Part shown: in pieces, positions 10,660-22,858 of the stretch | Layout of the letters: every line of letters begins with the position of its first letter | Numbering within the stretch: the stretch's first letter is position 1 | Assembly (NCBI RefSeq): GCF_001194135.2 | Contig: NC_068990.1 | Coordinates: 25,977,760 to 26,011,970, forward strand | From: Octopus bimaculoides | Taxonomy: Eukaryota | Direction of reading: 5' to 3' | Length of the DNA stretch: 34,211 nt | Translations under genes and position numbers: made by a program | The notes under the pieces: model-generated | Told to the model about the DNA's origin: nothing | Databases searched by the model: none | The model's input: the letters and a program-made list of their open reading frames with translations, nothing else

Positions 10660-10789
10660 CATTTTTATAATTCTCACAGTGTCTATTTTGGTACTTTGGT
10701 AGAATTTGAACTCAGAATATAAAGTGGATGCTGCAAAGATTTTGCTCAATATTATAATGATTTTGTCATTCGAGATATTGATATTTTGT

Positions 10790-11880
10790 TGATGGGAATA
10801 GAAGGGAAGGAGAAGGAGAAGGAGAAGAAAGAAGTATATGCAAGAAGAAAGACTGAAGAAGAAAGAAGGAAAGCAAATAAGAAGGAAAAAATGCAAAAAT
10901 GAAAGAAAGAACACAAGAAGAATGTGCAGAGAAAGAGAAGATGAAAAAGAAGGACTAAAGGAAGAAGAAAGGGAAGAGAGAATAAGTAAGGAGATAGAAG
11001 GAAGATGAAGGAAAAAGAAAAAAATAGAAAAGAAAATGAAGTTTATGACTGAATGAAGATATAATTGAATGAAATTATGCAACTGAATGAAATAAAATTT
11101 TGTTCAGTTATATGTCTTATGTGAAAAAAAAATAAGTAAAAAAGAGAAGGAAGAAGAATAAGAAAGAAGAATATATGAGAAGAAAGACTGAAGAAAAAAG
11201 AAGGAAAGCAAATAAGAAGGAAAAAATGCAAAAATGAAAGAATGTGCAGAAGAAAAGAAGACAAAAAAAGGAAGAAGAAAGGGAAGAGAGAATAAGTAAG
11301 GAAACAGAAGGAAGATGAAGGAGTAGGAAAAAGAAAAAACATAGAAAAAAAATGAAGTATATAACTGAATGAAATGGAATTTCATTCAGTTATATTTTCT
11401 AGGTGAAAAAAATAAGAAGAAAGAGGAGGAAGAAGAATAAGAAAGAAGAGAAGTTAAAAGGGAAAAGTAAGAAAGGGGGATATAGCAATGAAGGGAAAAG
11501 GAAAAAGAAAAGAAAGAAATAAGAAGAGAGAAGGAAGAAGAAAAAGTGAAGAAAAAAGAACGAAAAACTGAGGAAATTAGAGAAGAAGAAAAAGAGAACA
11601 GTAAGAAAGAAGTTAAAAGAAAGAAAAAGAGAAAGAAGAGAAACTGAGGATATTAGAAGAAAAGAGTAAGAGAAGAAGGAAAAGAAGAAGAAGAAGAAGC
11701 AAGAAGGAGAAGAACTAAAGAATGAAAAAAGGAGAGAATAGAATAAATTAGAAGAAAAATAATTTGGAAATGAAGACCAAGACGAGAGAATGAGCAAGAA
11801 AGAGAATAAAACGAAGAAAACGACCAAGAAAAGACAAAGTAGAAGGAGAAAAAAGAAAGAAAGAAAGAATGAAAGAAGGC
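10790..11880. repeat. About 1.1-kb purine-rich (GAA-like) tract with an internal ~0.3-kb tandem duplication
   Basis: 'gaagaaagactgaagaa...gaaggaaagcaaataagaaggaaaaaatgcaaaaatgaaagaa' occurs near 10845 and 11180. Confidence 0.9.
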
Positions 11881-12602
11881 AAGTGCTTTGTGTTGCTGTG
11901 TTTGGTTGAGGAAGAAGAATATGGAAGTGTTTTGATGGAGTTTGCTAAATTTTGGTGTTGCATGAATAGTTAGAGAGTTAAGTGTAGAGTGATACTAATC
12001 CATATTGGTCTCACATGATACAGTGAATGTACTAATTCTTCACTAGTTGCACCATTTTTCATTGGAAACCTATATTCTCATGCATGTGTGCAGACATGCA
12101 TAAATGAGAGAATGTAACGACATGCTCTCACGCACATGCACACACATACACACAGCCTGACGTGTGTGTGTGTGTGCGAGCACATACATGCACACACATA
12201 CATACACATACATACATACACACACATACACACACATACGCATAAGGTACATGTCTATATATGTGGGTCATGAAATATAGGCTGGGAACTGTAAAAGAAG
12301 AATGTTGTGTGTATGTGTGTATATAAGCATGCTACCAATGTGCTTGCTGTATGCATAGCTGCAGGTGTTTAGATATACAGAGCTGTACTGCAAAGATGCA
12401 TACACAGAAATACACACACAAACACACACACCATATGTGTGTGTATACATATATATATATGTATGGACATATGCTAGCACTCCCTTAAAGAAACTGTTTA
12501 TGCATATACACATACATACATACATACATGCATATATATATATATATATATATATAGATACGCACACACAATCACACACACACCGACATATATACATACA
12601 TA

Positions 12603-12636
<34 letters not shown>

Positions 12637-12751
12637 CATACATATATATATATATATACACATATACACATACATATATTTATATATACACACACACACA
12701 TATATATATCACCATTTAACATGTTTTCCATGCGCATCTCTCTCTCTCTCT

Positions 12752-12852
<101 letters not shown>

Positions 12853-13004
12853 CATACATACACATACGCACAAATAAAAGTAGATAGATATAGATAAGCA
12901 TAAATGTGTGTATGTATATATCTGTTGTGTATATATGCATGTGTATATATACACGTGTGTTTGCGTGCATGTGTGTAAATACATCATCATCATCAACATT
13001 TAAT

Positions 13005-13295
13005 ATCCCAATACCCTACTGACAAAGGCTCGACAAGATTTGACAGGTTCAGGGACCACATCCTGCCCCAATATCAGCTTTGACATGGTTTCTAAAGCTG
13101 GATGTCCTTCCTAATGTCAACCACATGCCAATTGCAAGACTATGCACCCCAGGAGAAGTGGATTCCTGCCAGGAGATGAGGTGCTGAAGTATGAGGGAAA
13201 GGGCCGGAGCAGAACAGGTTCCTTGCAGTAGAGGGGTCACATGGGTAATCATCCACATTATAGGAGAGGGAGTGGGAGCGACCAGGGTGGAGTAT
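13005..13295 (-). mobile_element. S2-related element with a different 5' extension
   Basis: Reverse complement contains 'gtggttgacattaggaaggacatccagct'; 13135-13295 is unlike the other S2 heads. Confidence 0.6.
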
Positions 13296-13339
13296 ATATG
13301 TAAATATAAATAAAACCTATGTTTATACACAAACACACA

Positions 13340-13370
<31 letters not shown>

Positions 13371-13808
13371 GTGCATATACATGCTTTTATACACATGTAT
13401 ATATCTATGTAAATACATTTACACAAACGTACACATAGTCCAGCACATTCCAACACTTGCTATGATAGAAATAGCAGATGTAAAAATGATGATGATGATG
13501 ATGATGATGATGGTGATATATTCTCCATCTATATGGCTGCCACCACTCTACAGAGAGCACTTATTCACCCTAACCTCCACACCCCACTACCACCAGAAAA
13601 CATACATACTCACATATATAGACATGCATGCATACATACACACACACATACATACATACAAATGTATATATATATATATATAAACATATACATAAATGTG
13701 TAAATAAATATATATATATGTATGTACAGTGCATATGCATACATACATATATATTTATATACACATTTATGTATATGTTTATATATTTATTTACACATTT
13801 TTGTATAT

Positions 13809-13862
<54 letters not shown>

Positions 13863-14149
13863 TTATATATATATGTACATATATATATACACACACACAC
13901 ATATACACATACACATACATAGATGTATACACATACACACACAATATATAAATATAAATAAAGATATATATATATAGACATGTATATGTACATAAGTGTA
14001 CATACACATATACATACATATACATATACACACACACACTCATACCTATATGTAAAATTGGTCATGGTAGAAACAAAGTCGTAACCAAAGCAACGAAGAT
14101 CGATGATTCGAAATGCCTTCCGGAATTTCTATATTACCATTTCCAACAG

Positions 14150-14253
14150 GACTGGTGGAACCAATTATGAATGCTAATGACAATTGGTGTGTTGGGGTAG
14201 CAGAGGGAGAGGGTGAGTTGGTGGGATTGAAACAGAGGATTGGAACCGGACAA
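14150..14253 (+). CDS. Candidate internal exon, unidentified protein ((G)LVEPIMNANDNWCVGVAEGEGELVGLKQRIGTGQ)
   Basis: Acceptor 'ttaccatttccaacag|G'; only one frame is open. Donors 'AGG|gtgagt' (14212) or 'CAA|gtaatc' (14253). GC-balanced island between microsatellites. Confidence 0.4.
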
Positions 14254-15110
14254 GTAATCTCTCTCTCTCTCTCTCTCTCTCTCGCTCTCTCCCTGTCTCT
14301 GTCTCTCTCTCTCTCTCTCTCGCTCTCTCTGTCTCCGTCTCTCTCTCACTCTCAACACTGATGTCATTTAATCACCATCATCACCATTGATCACTCTATC
14401 TTCACATGGCTCTGTATTGAGGTTAGCGCCACCAAAACCATCACCGCCACCATCCCCATGCCATCTCATCATCACTCTAGAATATGCACCTAATCACCCT
14501 CCACTTTCATACCCCACCCCATACATACTACTGCTACAGCCTCCCTGCCGACCGTGATAAATATCACCTTCACCATTGCCACAACCACCACCACCACCGC
14601 CATTACCAACATGATCTCCTACTACCACCACCATTACTATGATTACCAGAACCACAAACACCACCAACATCACCACAACCACCACCAACACTACCACCAA
14701 CACCACCNNNNNNNNNNNNNNNNNNNNNNNNNNNNNNNNNNNNNNNNNNNNNNNNNNNNNNNNNNNNNNNNNNNNNNNNNNNNNNNNNNNNNNNNNNNNN
14801 NNNNNNNNNNNNNNNNNNNNNNNNNNNNNNNNNNNNNNNNNNNNNNNNNNNNNNNNNNNNNNNNNNNNNNNNNNNNNNNNNNNNNNNNNNNNNNNNNNCT
14901 CCCCACCGCTACCACTACACCAGCCCTTTAATCCTTCTACCACCACTCACTCCCCATACACACTTTCCATGTTCTCATGTTAACATTGATGCTTTCAGAT
15001 GAGAAGTTATAATAACAAGTCTTGGCTTGTTCATAGTATAACGTGGTGGTGAGGGTGGTGGGGGTGTCCCAAACAAACTACAAAAGACAAAAAAATACTT
15101 ATAGAAATAT

Positions 15111-15200
15111 GCAGGAGTGGCTGTGTGGTAAAAAATTTGCTTTCCAACCATTTAGTTCTGGGTTCAGTCCCACTTTCCACTATAGCCTCAGGCTGACCAA
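15111..15200 (+). mobile_element. SINE S1 5' fragment
   Basis: 'gcaggagtggctgtgtggtaa...gggttcagtcccact'. Confidence 0.8.
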
Positions 15201-15269
15201 AGGTAGATTGAAACAAAGATGTCCATCATGTATTTGACTTCCAGCATACTTTGTGAAAATGTGTCTGGT

Positions 15270-15420
15270 CGTGGGGGAAGACATTACATCATTACCTTAC
15301 TTAAAGGCAAACGAGGGTTGGTGGCAGGAAGGACATCCAGTTATAGAGAATCTGCCTCAACAGATTGCATCCGACCCATGCAAGCATAGAAAAGCGGATG
15401 TTAAAACAGTTGTGATGATG
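15270..15420 (+). mobile_element. S2-like 3' portion
   Basis: 'ggttggtggcaggaaggacatccag...cccatgcaagcatagaaaagcggatgttaaaac...gatgatg'. Confidence 0.7.
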
Positions 15421-15654
15421 TGCTATATTATCCACATGTGATTCTATTTTAAGTAGTTAAAATATAATTTGAGGTGGATTTGGTTGCTATTTCTAGGACA
15501 TCAAAAGGTCCGAATAGAGAATTCTACTTTAAACCAAATCCTTTATTACCAGATCACTGATATTTCAAAGTATATCAGAGACTTTTTTTTCCTTTACTCA
15601 ATTCTTCAATATTTATTTCGTAATTGTAAAAATTCTTCACATTTCATCCTTAAG

Positions 15655-15866
15655 TGAAAACTCACAAAAGGAGATCAATGTCTTTTGTATTTACTGGAAA
15701 ATTTCTTTTCGAAAATCCTCATTCCAAGACAACATTCGTTATTCATGCCTCTAAGGCAGAAATGTTAACACACAAAATTGATAAATTATTACCTTTATTC
15801 GTAACCAACTGGAATATTGAGACCGATGCCTGCATCGCCTCAGGCACATCAAAGGAAGCCAGTGCT
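15655..15866 (+). CDS. Candidate exon or decayed ORF (KTHKRRSMSFVFTGKF...NWNIETDACIASGTSKEASA)
   Basis: Acceptor 'cacatttcatccttaag|TG'; about 70 open codons. Possible donors GCT|gtttgt (15866) or T|gtatga (15870). No recognisable domain. Confidence 0.3.
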
Positions 15867-16202
15867 GTTTGTATGATTAGAGAAATCTCTTTATGAAGAT
15901 CGCCATCCAGAGAGAAACACCATTTCAATATATACAAAAGAATTAATGACAACCAGTTTGGAATTTCCCATTTATATATAAGGATAGAAAATGGATTAGA
16001 TAAAAGAAATGCTTTTATCTTGTACTTTGGCTTCCAGACCAAGATGTACAATGAATGAAATTCTTCTAATGATCAGGTCAGCCTATATAACTGAGAGGTT
16101 TTTCACACCATATTTTAAGCTAGTGAAGCACAATGGTGGACTTCTGACCACAAGATCAAATGCATTGAGTACTGTCTTCCGCTTTCACATATAAATTCTA
16201 AC

Positions 16203-16692
16203 ATTTGAATGTAAGATCACAACATTGACAACTTTATCAATAAATGATCTATACCAAACTTTAGCAATAACTACACTCCTTGTTCAAATTTCTGCGGTTT
16301 GAGTGAGGAAGAAAATTTTTTCAACCATCACCAAAAGAGCAGTTGCTTAATTACAAAATCAGAGTTAATCTCTAAGTGCTGTCATAAGAATAAATTCATT
16401 AAAAAAAATTTCATTTGAACTATCAAGTCAGATTGTCCATATGTAAACATTAGAAATACTGCAAGTGTATTAGCATAGGCATATAATTAAAATATTTGAA
16501 TGTATGATCACAACATTATAAATTTTATCGTCACATTGTCTGTACGAAACTTTAGTAACAAGTGTATTACTTGTTCAAATTTTTGTAGTTTCAGAAATGA
16601 TGAAGAATACTTACATCATCACCAAAATAGCAAATATCAAAAGCACAAAATCAGAGTTAATCTTTAAATGTTGTCATGAAAATAAATTCATT
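16203..16692. repeat. Diverged direct tandem duplication, period about 291 bp
   Basis: 16203-16400 and 16494-16692 share blocks such as 'atttgaatgta.gatcacaacatt', 'aaactttag', 'cttgttcaaattt', 'catcaccaaaa', 'acaaaatcagagttaatct' and 'aataaattcatt'. Confidence 0.85.
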
Positions 16693-16727
16693 CTTTCAAA
16701 CCTCAACAAAACAAGTACTCAACTGAT

Positions 16728-16850
16728 ACTTGTTTTATCCATTCCGAAAGGATGTGGACGAAAGACAAAGTTGACACTAGCAGAAGATGAACAAAATGCT
16801 GCTAAATATTTCCCCTGGCATTCTAATGATTCTGCCAGCTTGCCGCCTTA
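16728..16850 (-). mobile_element. SINE S4 5' part, degraded
   Basis: Reverse complement begins 'taaggcggcaagctggcagaatcattagaatgcc', like the S4 head. Confidence 0.65.
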
Positions 16851-16885
16851 ATAATAGTAATAATAATAATAACAATAATAATAAC

Positions 16886-16976
<91 letters not shown>

Positions 16977-17353
16977 GTCTAAATTAAGAAAGAAAGCAAA
17001 CGGAGTTGGATCATAGATATAGCATGCCCAGCTGACAACAAGGTATGCGATAAGGAAGAAAGAAAAGTCGAGAGATATGACAGGTTAGCTTGGGAAGTTA
17101 AGCAGTTGTGGTCGATGAAAAAGGTAGCAGTAGTACTAATAATTATCGGAGCTCTGGGAACAGTGAACAAAAATCTCGAGAAGTACATGGAAGTAATAGG
17201 GGCTGCAATAAGGGTGGAGCACTTGCAGAAAACAGGACTGCTTGGAACCGCTCGAATACTCCAGAAGGTGCTCGAAAAATAAGAGGTGTTACCTTAGTTC
17301 ACTGGTAGTGAACAGCTAGCACCATCTCCAGCGTTAGAAGCTGTGCAAAGGCA
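16977..17353 (+). mobile_element. 5'-truncated RLE LINE fragment, lineage E, embedded in (AAT)n
   Basis: 16983-17282 is open: IKKESKRSWIIDIACPADNKVCDKEERKVERYDRLAWEVKQLW...IIIGALG...LQKTGLLGTARILQKVLEK*. Long (AAT)n on both sides. This frame is absent from the ORF track. Confidence 0.9.
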
Positions 17354-17356
17354 ATG

Positions 17357-17425
<69 letters not shown>

Positions 17426-17906
17426 GTAACAATAATGATCTTGGAATATAGACATAATGTCTTAAAAGTTACCGATAAAGGAAAATAGCTGGGATTCAAA
17501 GTGATGTCTTTGATAACACTGTTAGTTCATTAATGCATTTAAATAACTGCAAACCCAATTCTACAGGGACTTGAACTCAAAGCATACAAAGTTGAAACAA
17601 GATAAAGCGATATGTTTGGTGCAACGTTCTCCCGCCAACCCTACACCCCTCACCCCATGTCCCTGTCTTCTTCCTATAGTAATATCAATAAAGTTCCGTC
17701 TGGTTTAGTTAATCACTGAGGCATTTCCTAGATTGCACTTGTTGACTAACGAGCTATTTTGTTAGTGTTATGGCTGTTTTAATTACTCCTGAGTGAATAT
17801 GGCCCAAGTTGTAATGATTCTAAATTAATGTGTATGTATACATATGTATGTGTGTGTGTGTGTGCATGTGTGTGTGTGCATGTGTGTGTGCAGATAATCT
17901 CACTCT

Positions 17907-17946
<40 letters not shown>

Positions 17947-18095
17947 TATATTAACAAACCAAGGAAAATAATTCCTTCAGAGGGGTGTGTGAAACATCCA
18001 ATTCACTGGTACATCAGTTGAATACCATATAAATAAGGGTATGATGCAAATTACAAAGATAAAATTATCAATTGTATCTCTCTGTTTAATTTTAT

Positions 18096-18139
<44 letters not shown>

Positions 18140-18264
18140 GTATATGTATGTGTATGTATACATATACATATTTATATATATACATATAAAATATATATGT
18201 ATATATATATATGCATGTGCATTTCTGTGTTTGTATGTATGTATGTGTGCATGCATACATACAA

Positions 18265-18372
18265 GGCCCGAGGCTGTAGTAGAAGACACTTGACCAAGGT
18301 GTCATGCAGTGGGACTGAATCTGGAACCATGTAGTTGGTAAGTAAGCTACTTACCACACAGCCACTCCTACA
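18265..18372 (-). mobile_element. SINE S1 5' half
   Basis: Reverse complement of 'taggagtggctgtgtggtaagtagcttacttaccaac...cttggtcaagtgtcttctactacagcctcgggcc'. Confidence 0.85.
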
Positions 18373-18432
18373 CATATATATATACATACATAGATATATA
18401 TAGATATACATATATATATCCATATATATATC

Positions 18433-18494
<62 letters not shown>

Positions 18495-19621
18495 CATATA
18501 TATACATATATATATATACCTATAGACATACATAGACATACATACATATACTCACATATACATACATTTCATACACACACATATATATATATATATGTAT
18601 GTACACATACATACACCTATGTATGTACTTATATGTACCTATACCTGAAAATACACAAACACACACACATTACAATGCCACAGTCTCTCTCTACCATTAA
18701 GTTATCCAAGAATATGAAGTAATAACAGAAACCTCTTGAGCAATATGTATTCTATGAGAGACAGTCTTCCTTTTTCCCTTAATAGATTAAAACAGGAAAA
18801 AAAAAAAAAAAAGAAAGCTACCATTTTTATCAGGTTTTCCAGAATGTGTTAGTTGTTCCTTAGAAAATTCTTGCTGTAAAACCACTTCAGGCATAAACAT
18901 ACATTGTTTCATATGATCAAGAAAACAAAGAGGAAAGAAATTCGTCCCCCACCCTGCTGCACACTCCACCATTATCTTCTAAAACATTCCATATTTATTT
19001 TGCTATATATAGAAGCGTCATTGCTTTAAAATGGATGCCAAATATCTTTAAATGGAATTATATATCTATACCTATATATCTCTGTCTGTCTGTCTGTCTC
19101 TCTCTCTGTATATCTATCTATCTATCTATCTATCTATCTNNNNNNNNNNNNNNNNNNNNNNNNNNNNNNNNNNNNNNNNNNNNNNNNNNNNNNNNNNNNN
19201 NNNNNNNNNNNNNNNNNNNNNNNNNNNNNNNNNNNNNNNNNNNNNNNNNNNNNNNNNNNNNNNNNNNNNNNNNNNNNNNNNNNNNNNNNNNNNNNNNNNN
19301 NNNNNNNNNNNNNNNNNNNNNNNNNNNNNNNNNNNNNNNNNNNNNNNNNNNNNNNNNNNNNNNNNNNNNNNNNNNNNNNNNNNNNNNNNNNNNNNNNNNN
19401 NNNNNNNNNNNNNNNNNNNNNNNNNNNNNNNNNNNNNNNNNNNNNNNNNNNNNNNNNNNNNNNNNNNNNNNNNNNNNNNNNNNNNNNNNNNNNNNNNNNN
19501 NNNNNNNNNNNNNNNNNNNNNNNNNNNNNNNNNNNNNNNNNNNNNNNNNNNNNNNNNNNNNNNNNNNNNNNNNNNNNNNNNNNNNNNNNNNNNNNNNNNN
19601 NNNNNNNNNNNNNNNNNNNNN

Positions 19622-19662
<41 letters not shown>

Positions 19663-19689
19663 ATATGTATGTGTGTGCATATGTATGTG

Positions 19690-20135
19690 TGCCTGTGTTT
19701 GTCCCCGCAACGTTGCTTGACAACTGATGCTGGTGTGTTTACGTCCTCGTAACTTAGCGGTTCGGCAAAAGAGACCGATAGAATAAGTACTAGGCTTCCA
19801 AAGAATAAGTCCTGGGGTCGATTTGCTCGACTAAAGGCGGTGCTCCAGCATGGCCACAGTCAAAAGACTGAAACAAGTAAAAGAGTAAAAGAGTATATAC
19901 ATTCATTTGTGTGTGTGTGTGTGTGTTTGTCTCCTCCCATTACTTGACAACAGGTGTTGGTGTGTTTATGTCCCCGTAACTTAACAGTTTGACAAAAGAG
20001 ACCAATAGGATAAGTACCAGGCTTAAAAAATAATAAAAAAAGAAAGAAAAGTACTAGGGTCTATTCAGTTGACTAAAATTCTTCAAGGCGGTGCCCCAGC
20101 ATGGCCGCAGTCTCGTGACTGAAACAAGTAAAAAA
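19690..20135 (+). mobile_element. Two tandem SINE S1 3' halves (19690-19895 and a variant at 19915-20135)
   Basis: Both carry 'ttgacaac...gtgtgttta..tccc.gtaactta...gaataagtac...ggcggtgc.ccagcatggcc'. Confidence 0.85.
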
Positions 20136-20305
20136 ATAAAAGAACAAATAAGGATATTATTGCAAACAGAGAGTAGGGCATGAAACTTTCTTTATAATTA
20201 CCAATAAATTTTCTAAGAAATAAGGATATTCTTGTGAAAAGCAAATAATTCATGAAGCTTCCATTGCAAAGCAATATATTGCTTTCTTGAAATAACCCTT
20301 CCCAG

Positions 20306-20535
20306 AATGCATTTGAAAATAGCAATGGCTTCTGCAAATGTTTTGAACGTTTACCTGTAGTCATTGCTGTAAGCTGTCATAAAGGTGTAATTATGGAAGA
20401 AAGATGTGAAGAAACAATCTGCAGAGTTCCAAGTATGGTAATATCGTCTTGGGAAGGAAATATTTATAGCCAGACTATTAGCGATATAAATAATAGAATG
20501 TCGTTCATGATTGACGAGTGGATAAATAGACATAA
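20306..20535 (+). CDS. Candidate internal exon, unidentified Cys-containing protein (NAFENSNGFCKCFERLPVVIAVSCHKG...MIDEWINRH)
   Basis: Acceptor 'aacccttcccag|A' and donor 'CATAA|gtaaga'. 230 nt open in phase 0-2, with in-frame stops just outside both boundaries. The in-register antisense frame is also largely open, so strand is not certain. Confidence 0.5.
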
Positions 20536-20907
20536 GTAAGAGAAAAATCTATGGGAATGTTTAACTTGTAATATAGTCTGTGGGTGCAGTTGGGTAGTGA
20601 AACGTGGATCTTTATGCACTCAAATGCATATTTGCTGTCGCTTCATTGCAATAGACAATTCTCTGTTCTGTTCTACAGAATCTATGAATCTGCTTCTTGT
20701 CACAATTCTCCTTAAACTGAAAGCAAATTCAAGAAATAGAAATGGTGATAGAAAACTTGTAGGTAGACGAAAGGAAGGAGGGTAGATAGGAAGGTATGTG
20801 TGTTGGTAGGAAGCTTTATAAGAAGGGACATAGGTAGTGTAGGTAACCAGGTAAATATATGCATCCTCATCATATACATATATACATATGTAAGTGCATG
20901 TATATGA

Positions 20908-21240
20908 ATCATCATCATCGGTTAACGTCCGCCTTCCATGCTAGCATGGGTTGGACGATTTGACTGAGGACTGGTGAAACCGGATGGCAACACCAGGCTC
21001 CAGTCTAATTTGGCAGAGTTTCTACAGCTGGATGCCCTTCCTAACGCCAACCACTCAGAGAGTGTAGTGGGTTCTTTTACGTGTCACCCGCATGAAGGCC
21101 AGTCAGGCGGTACTGGCAACGACCACGCTCAAAATGGTGTCTTTTATGTGCCACCCGCACAAAAGCCAGTCCAGGGGCACTGGCAACGATCTCGCTCGAA
21201 AACCCTACAAAGGCCAGTCAGGCGGCACTGGCAACGGTCA
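20908..21240 (-). mobile_element. SINE-like S2 with tandem head units running into a gap
   Basis: (CAT)n tail at 20908 and S2 body; 'gccagtc...actggcaacg' unit repeated three times. Confidence 0.85.
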
Positions 21241-21996
21241 NNNNNNNNNNNNNNNNNNNNNNNNNNNNNNNNNNNNNNNNNNNNNNNNNNNNNNNNNNNN
21301 NNNNNNNNNNNNNNNNNNNNNNNNNNNNNNNNNNNNNNNNNNNNNNNNNNNNNNNNNNNNNNNNNNNNNNNNNNNNNNNNNNNNNNNNNNNNNNNNNNNN
21401 NNNNNNNNNNNNNNNNNNNNNNNNNNNNNNNNNNNNNNNNNNNNNNNNNNNNNNNNNNNNNNNNNNNNNNNNNNNNNNNNNNNNNNNNNNNNNNNNNNNN
21501 NNNNNNNNNNNNNNNNNNNNNNNNNNNNNNNNNNNNNNNNNNNNNNNNNNNNNNNNNNNNNNNNNNNNNNNNNNNNNNNNNNNNNNNNNNNNNNNNNNNN
21601 NNNNNNNNNNNNNNNNNNNNNNNNNNNNNNNNNNNNNNNNNNNNNNNNNNNNNNNNNNNNNNNNNNNNNNNNNNNNNNNNNNNNNNNNNNNNNNNNNNNN
21701 NNNNNNNNNNNNNNNNNNNNNNNNNNNNNNNNNNNNNNNNNNNNNNNNNNNNNNNNNNNNNNNNNNNNNNNNNNNNNNNNNNNNNNNNNNNNNNNNNNNN
21801 NNNNNNNNNNNNNNNNNNNNNNNNNNNNNNNNNNNNNNNNNNNNNNNNNNNNNNNNNNNNNNNNNNNNNNNNNNNNNNNNNNNNNNNNNNNNNNNNNNNN
21901 NNNNNNNNNNNNNNNNNNNNNNNNNNNNNNNNNNNNNNNNNNNNNNNNNNNNNNNNNNNNNNNNNNNNNNNNNNNNNNNNNNNNNNNNNNNNNNNN

Positions 21997-22029
<33 letters not shown>

Positions 22030-22310
22030 TCATCATCATCATCTTCATCATCGGTTAACGTCCGCTTTTTCATTCTAGCATGGGTTGGATGATTTGACTG
22101 AGGACTGGTGAACCAGATGGCTGCATCAGGCTCCAATCTGACCTGGCAGAGTTTCTACAGCTAGATGCCCTTCCTAATGCCAACCACTCCGAGAGTGTAG
22201 TGGGTGCTTTTATGTGCCACGGCCATGAGGGCCAGTCATGTGGTACTGGCAATGGTCATGCTCAAATGGTGTTTTTTACGTGCCACATGCACAGAAGTTT
22301 TTTCGTGCCA
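22030..22310 (-). mobile_element. SINE-like S2
   Basis: Same body and tail as 20908-21240. Confidence 0.85.
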
Positions 22311-22376
22311 GATACCTCAATATTATGTAAATAGAGGAATTTATAATATAATATGTAACAATTTAGTCGGTTGCCA

Positions 22377-22439
22377 TAATAAAACTCAGAGTTTCGGACG
22401 TCGGGCTGGAAGTCTGCTCTGGCACATCATCAGTTATTA
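22377..22439 (-). ncRNA. Minimal type I hammerhead motif (family H2), stem II poorly formed
   Basis: UAAUAA-CUGAUGA-[31 nt]-GAAACUCUGAGUU^UUAUUA. Perfect 6-bp stem I and palindromic stem III (AACUC-U-GAGUU); the stem II region does not pair well. Confidence 0.5.
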
Positions 22440-22858
22440 AGACAAACAAAAATGCTATGAAAATGACCGTTAAATAAAGGGAAATTGCTATGAAGATGAC
22501 CGTTATTAAGACAAACAAAAGAGCTATGAGGATGACCATTATATAATTGATAAAAAAATACATATTAAGTACAGGACATCACAAACGAGTGAAAAATACG
22601 TAAACACATAATGAGAGATAAAAGTATGGGACAAAATACCAGAAGAAGTCTAACCCCTTCTCAGTTGTCAACTGTTTTACTACTCCCTATTTCGTGCATG
22701 AGTGAATGGACAAATGAAAGAAAGAAGCACTCACTACATTTAGTAGGAGTTACATATACTATCATTCAATGATTCAGCCCAAAATTTGTTGTTACTGATA
22801 GAAGTAATATTACATTATTTACATTTGACGGATATTTGTCCTCATATTGTTTGTTGTT

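Noticed and set aside
10348-11963. Phe/Leu/Ser-rich 'membrane protein' ORFs on the minus strand and a Lys/Glu/Arg-rich + reading
   Set aside because: Translation of the polypurine tract. Only the last ~90 aa of 10348-11082 (the RLE fragment) is real coding remnant.
20964-20980. CTGAGGA-ctggt-GAAAC resembling a hammerhead core
   Set aside because: Only 5 nt between the cores (no stem II), no stems I or III, and sister S2 copies lack GAAAC.
22433-22537. Short direct repeats resembling a CRISPR array (also 8335-8470)
   Set aside because: The units are contiguous without unique spacers, the context is eukaryotic, and there are no cas genes.
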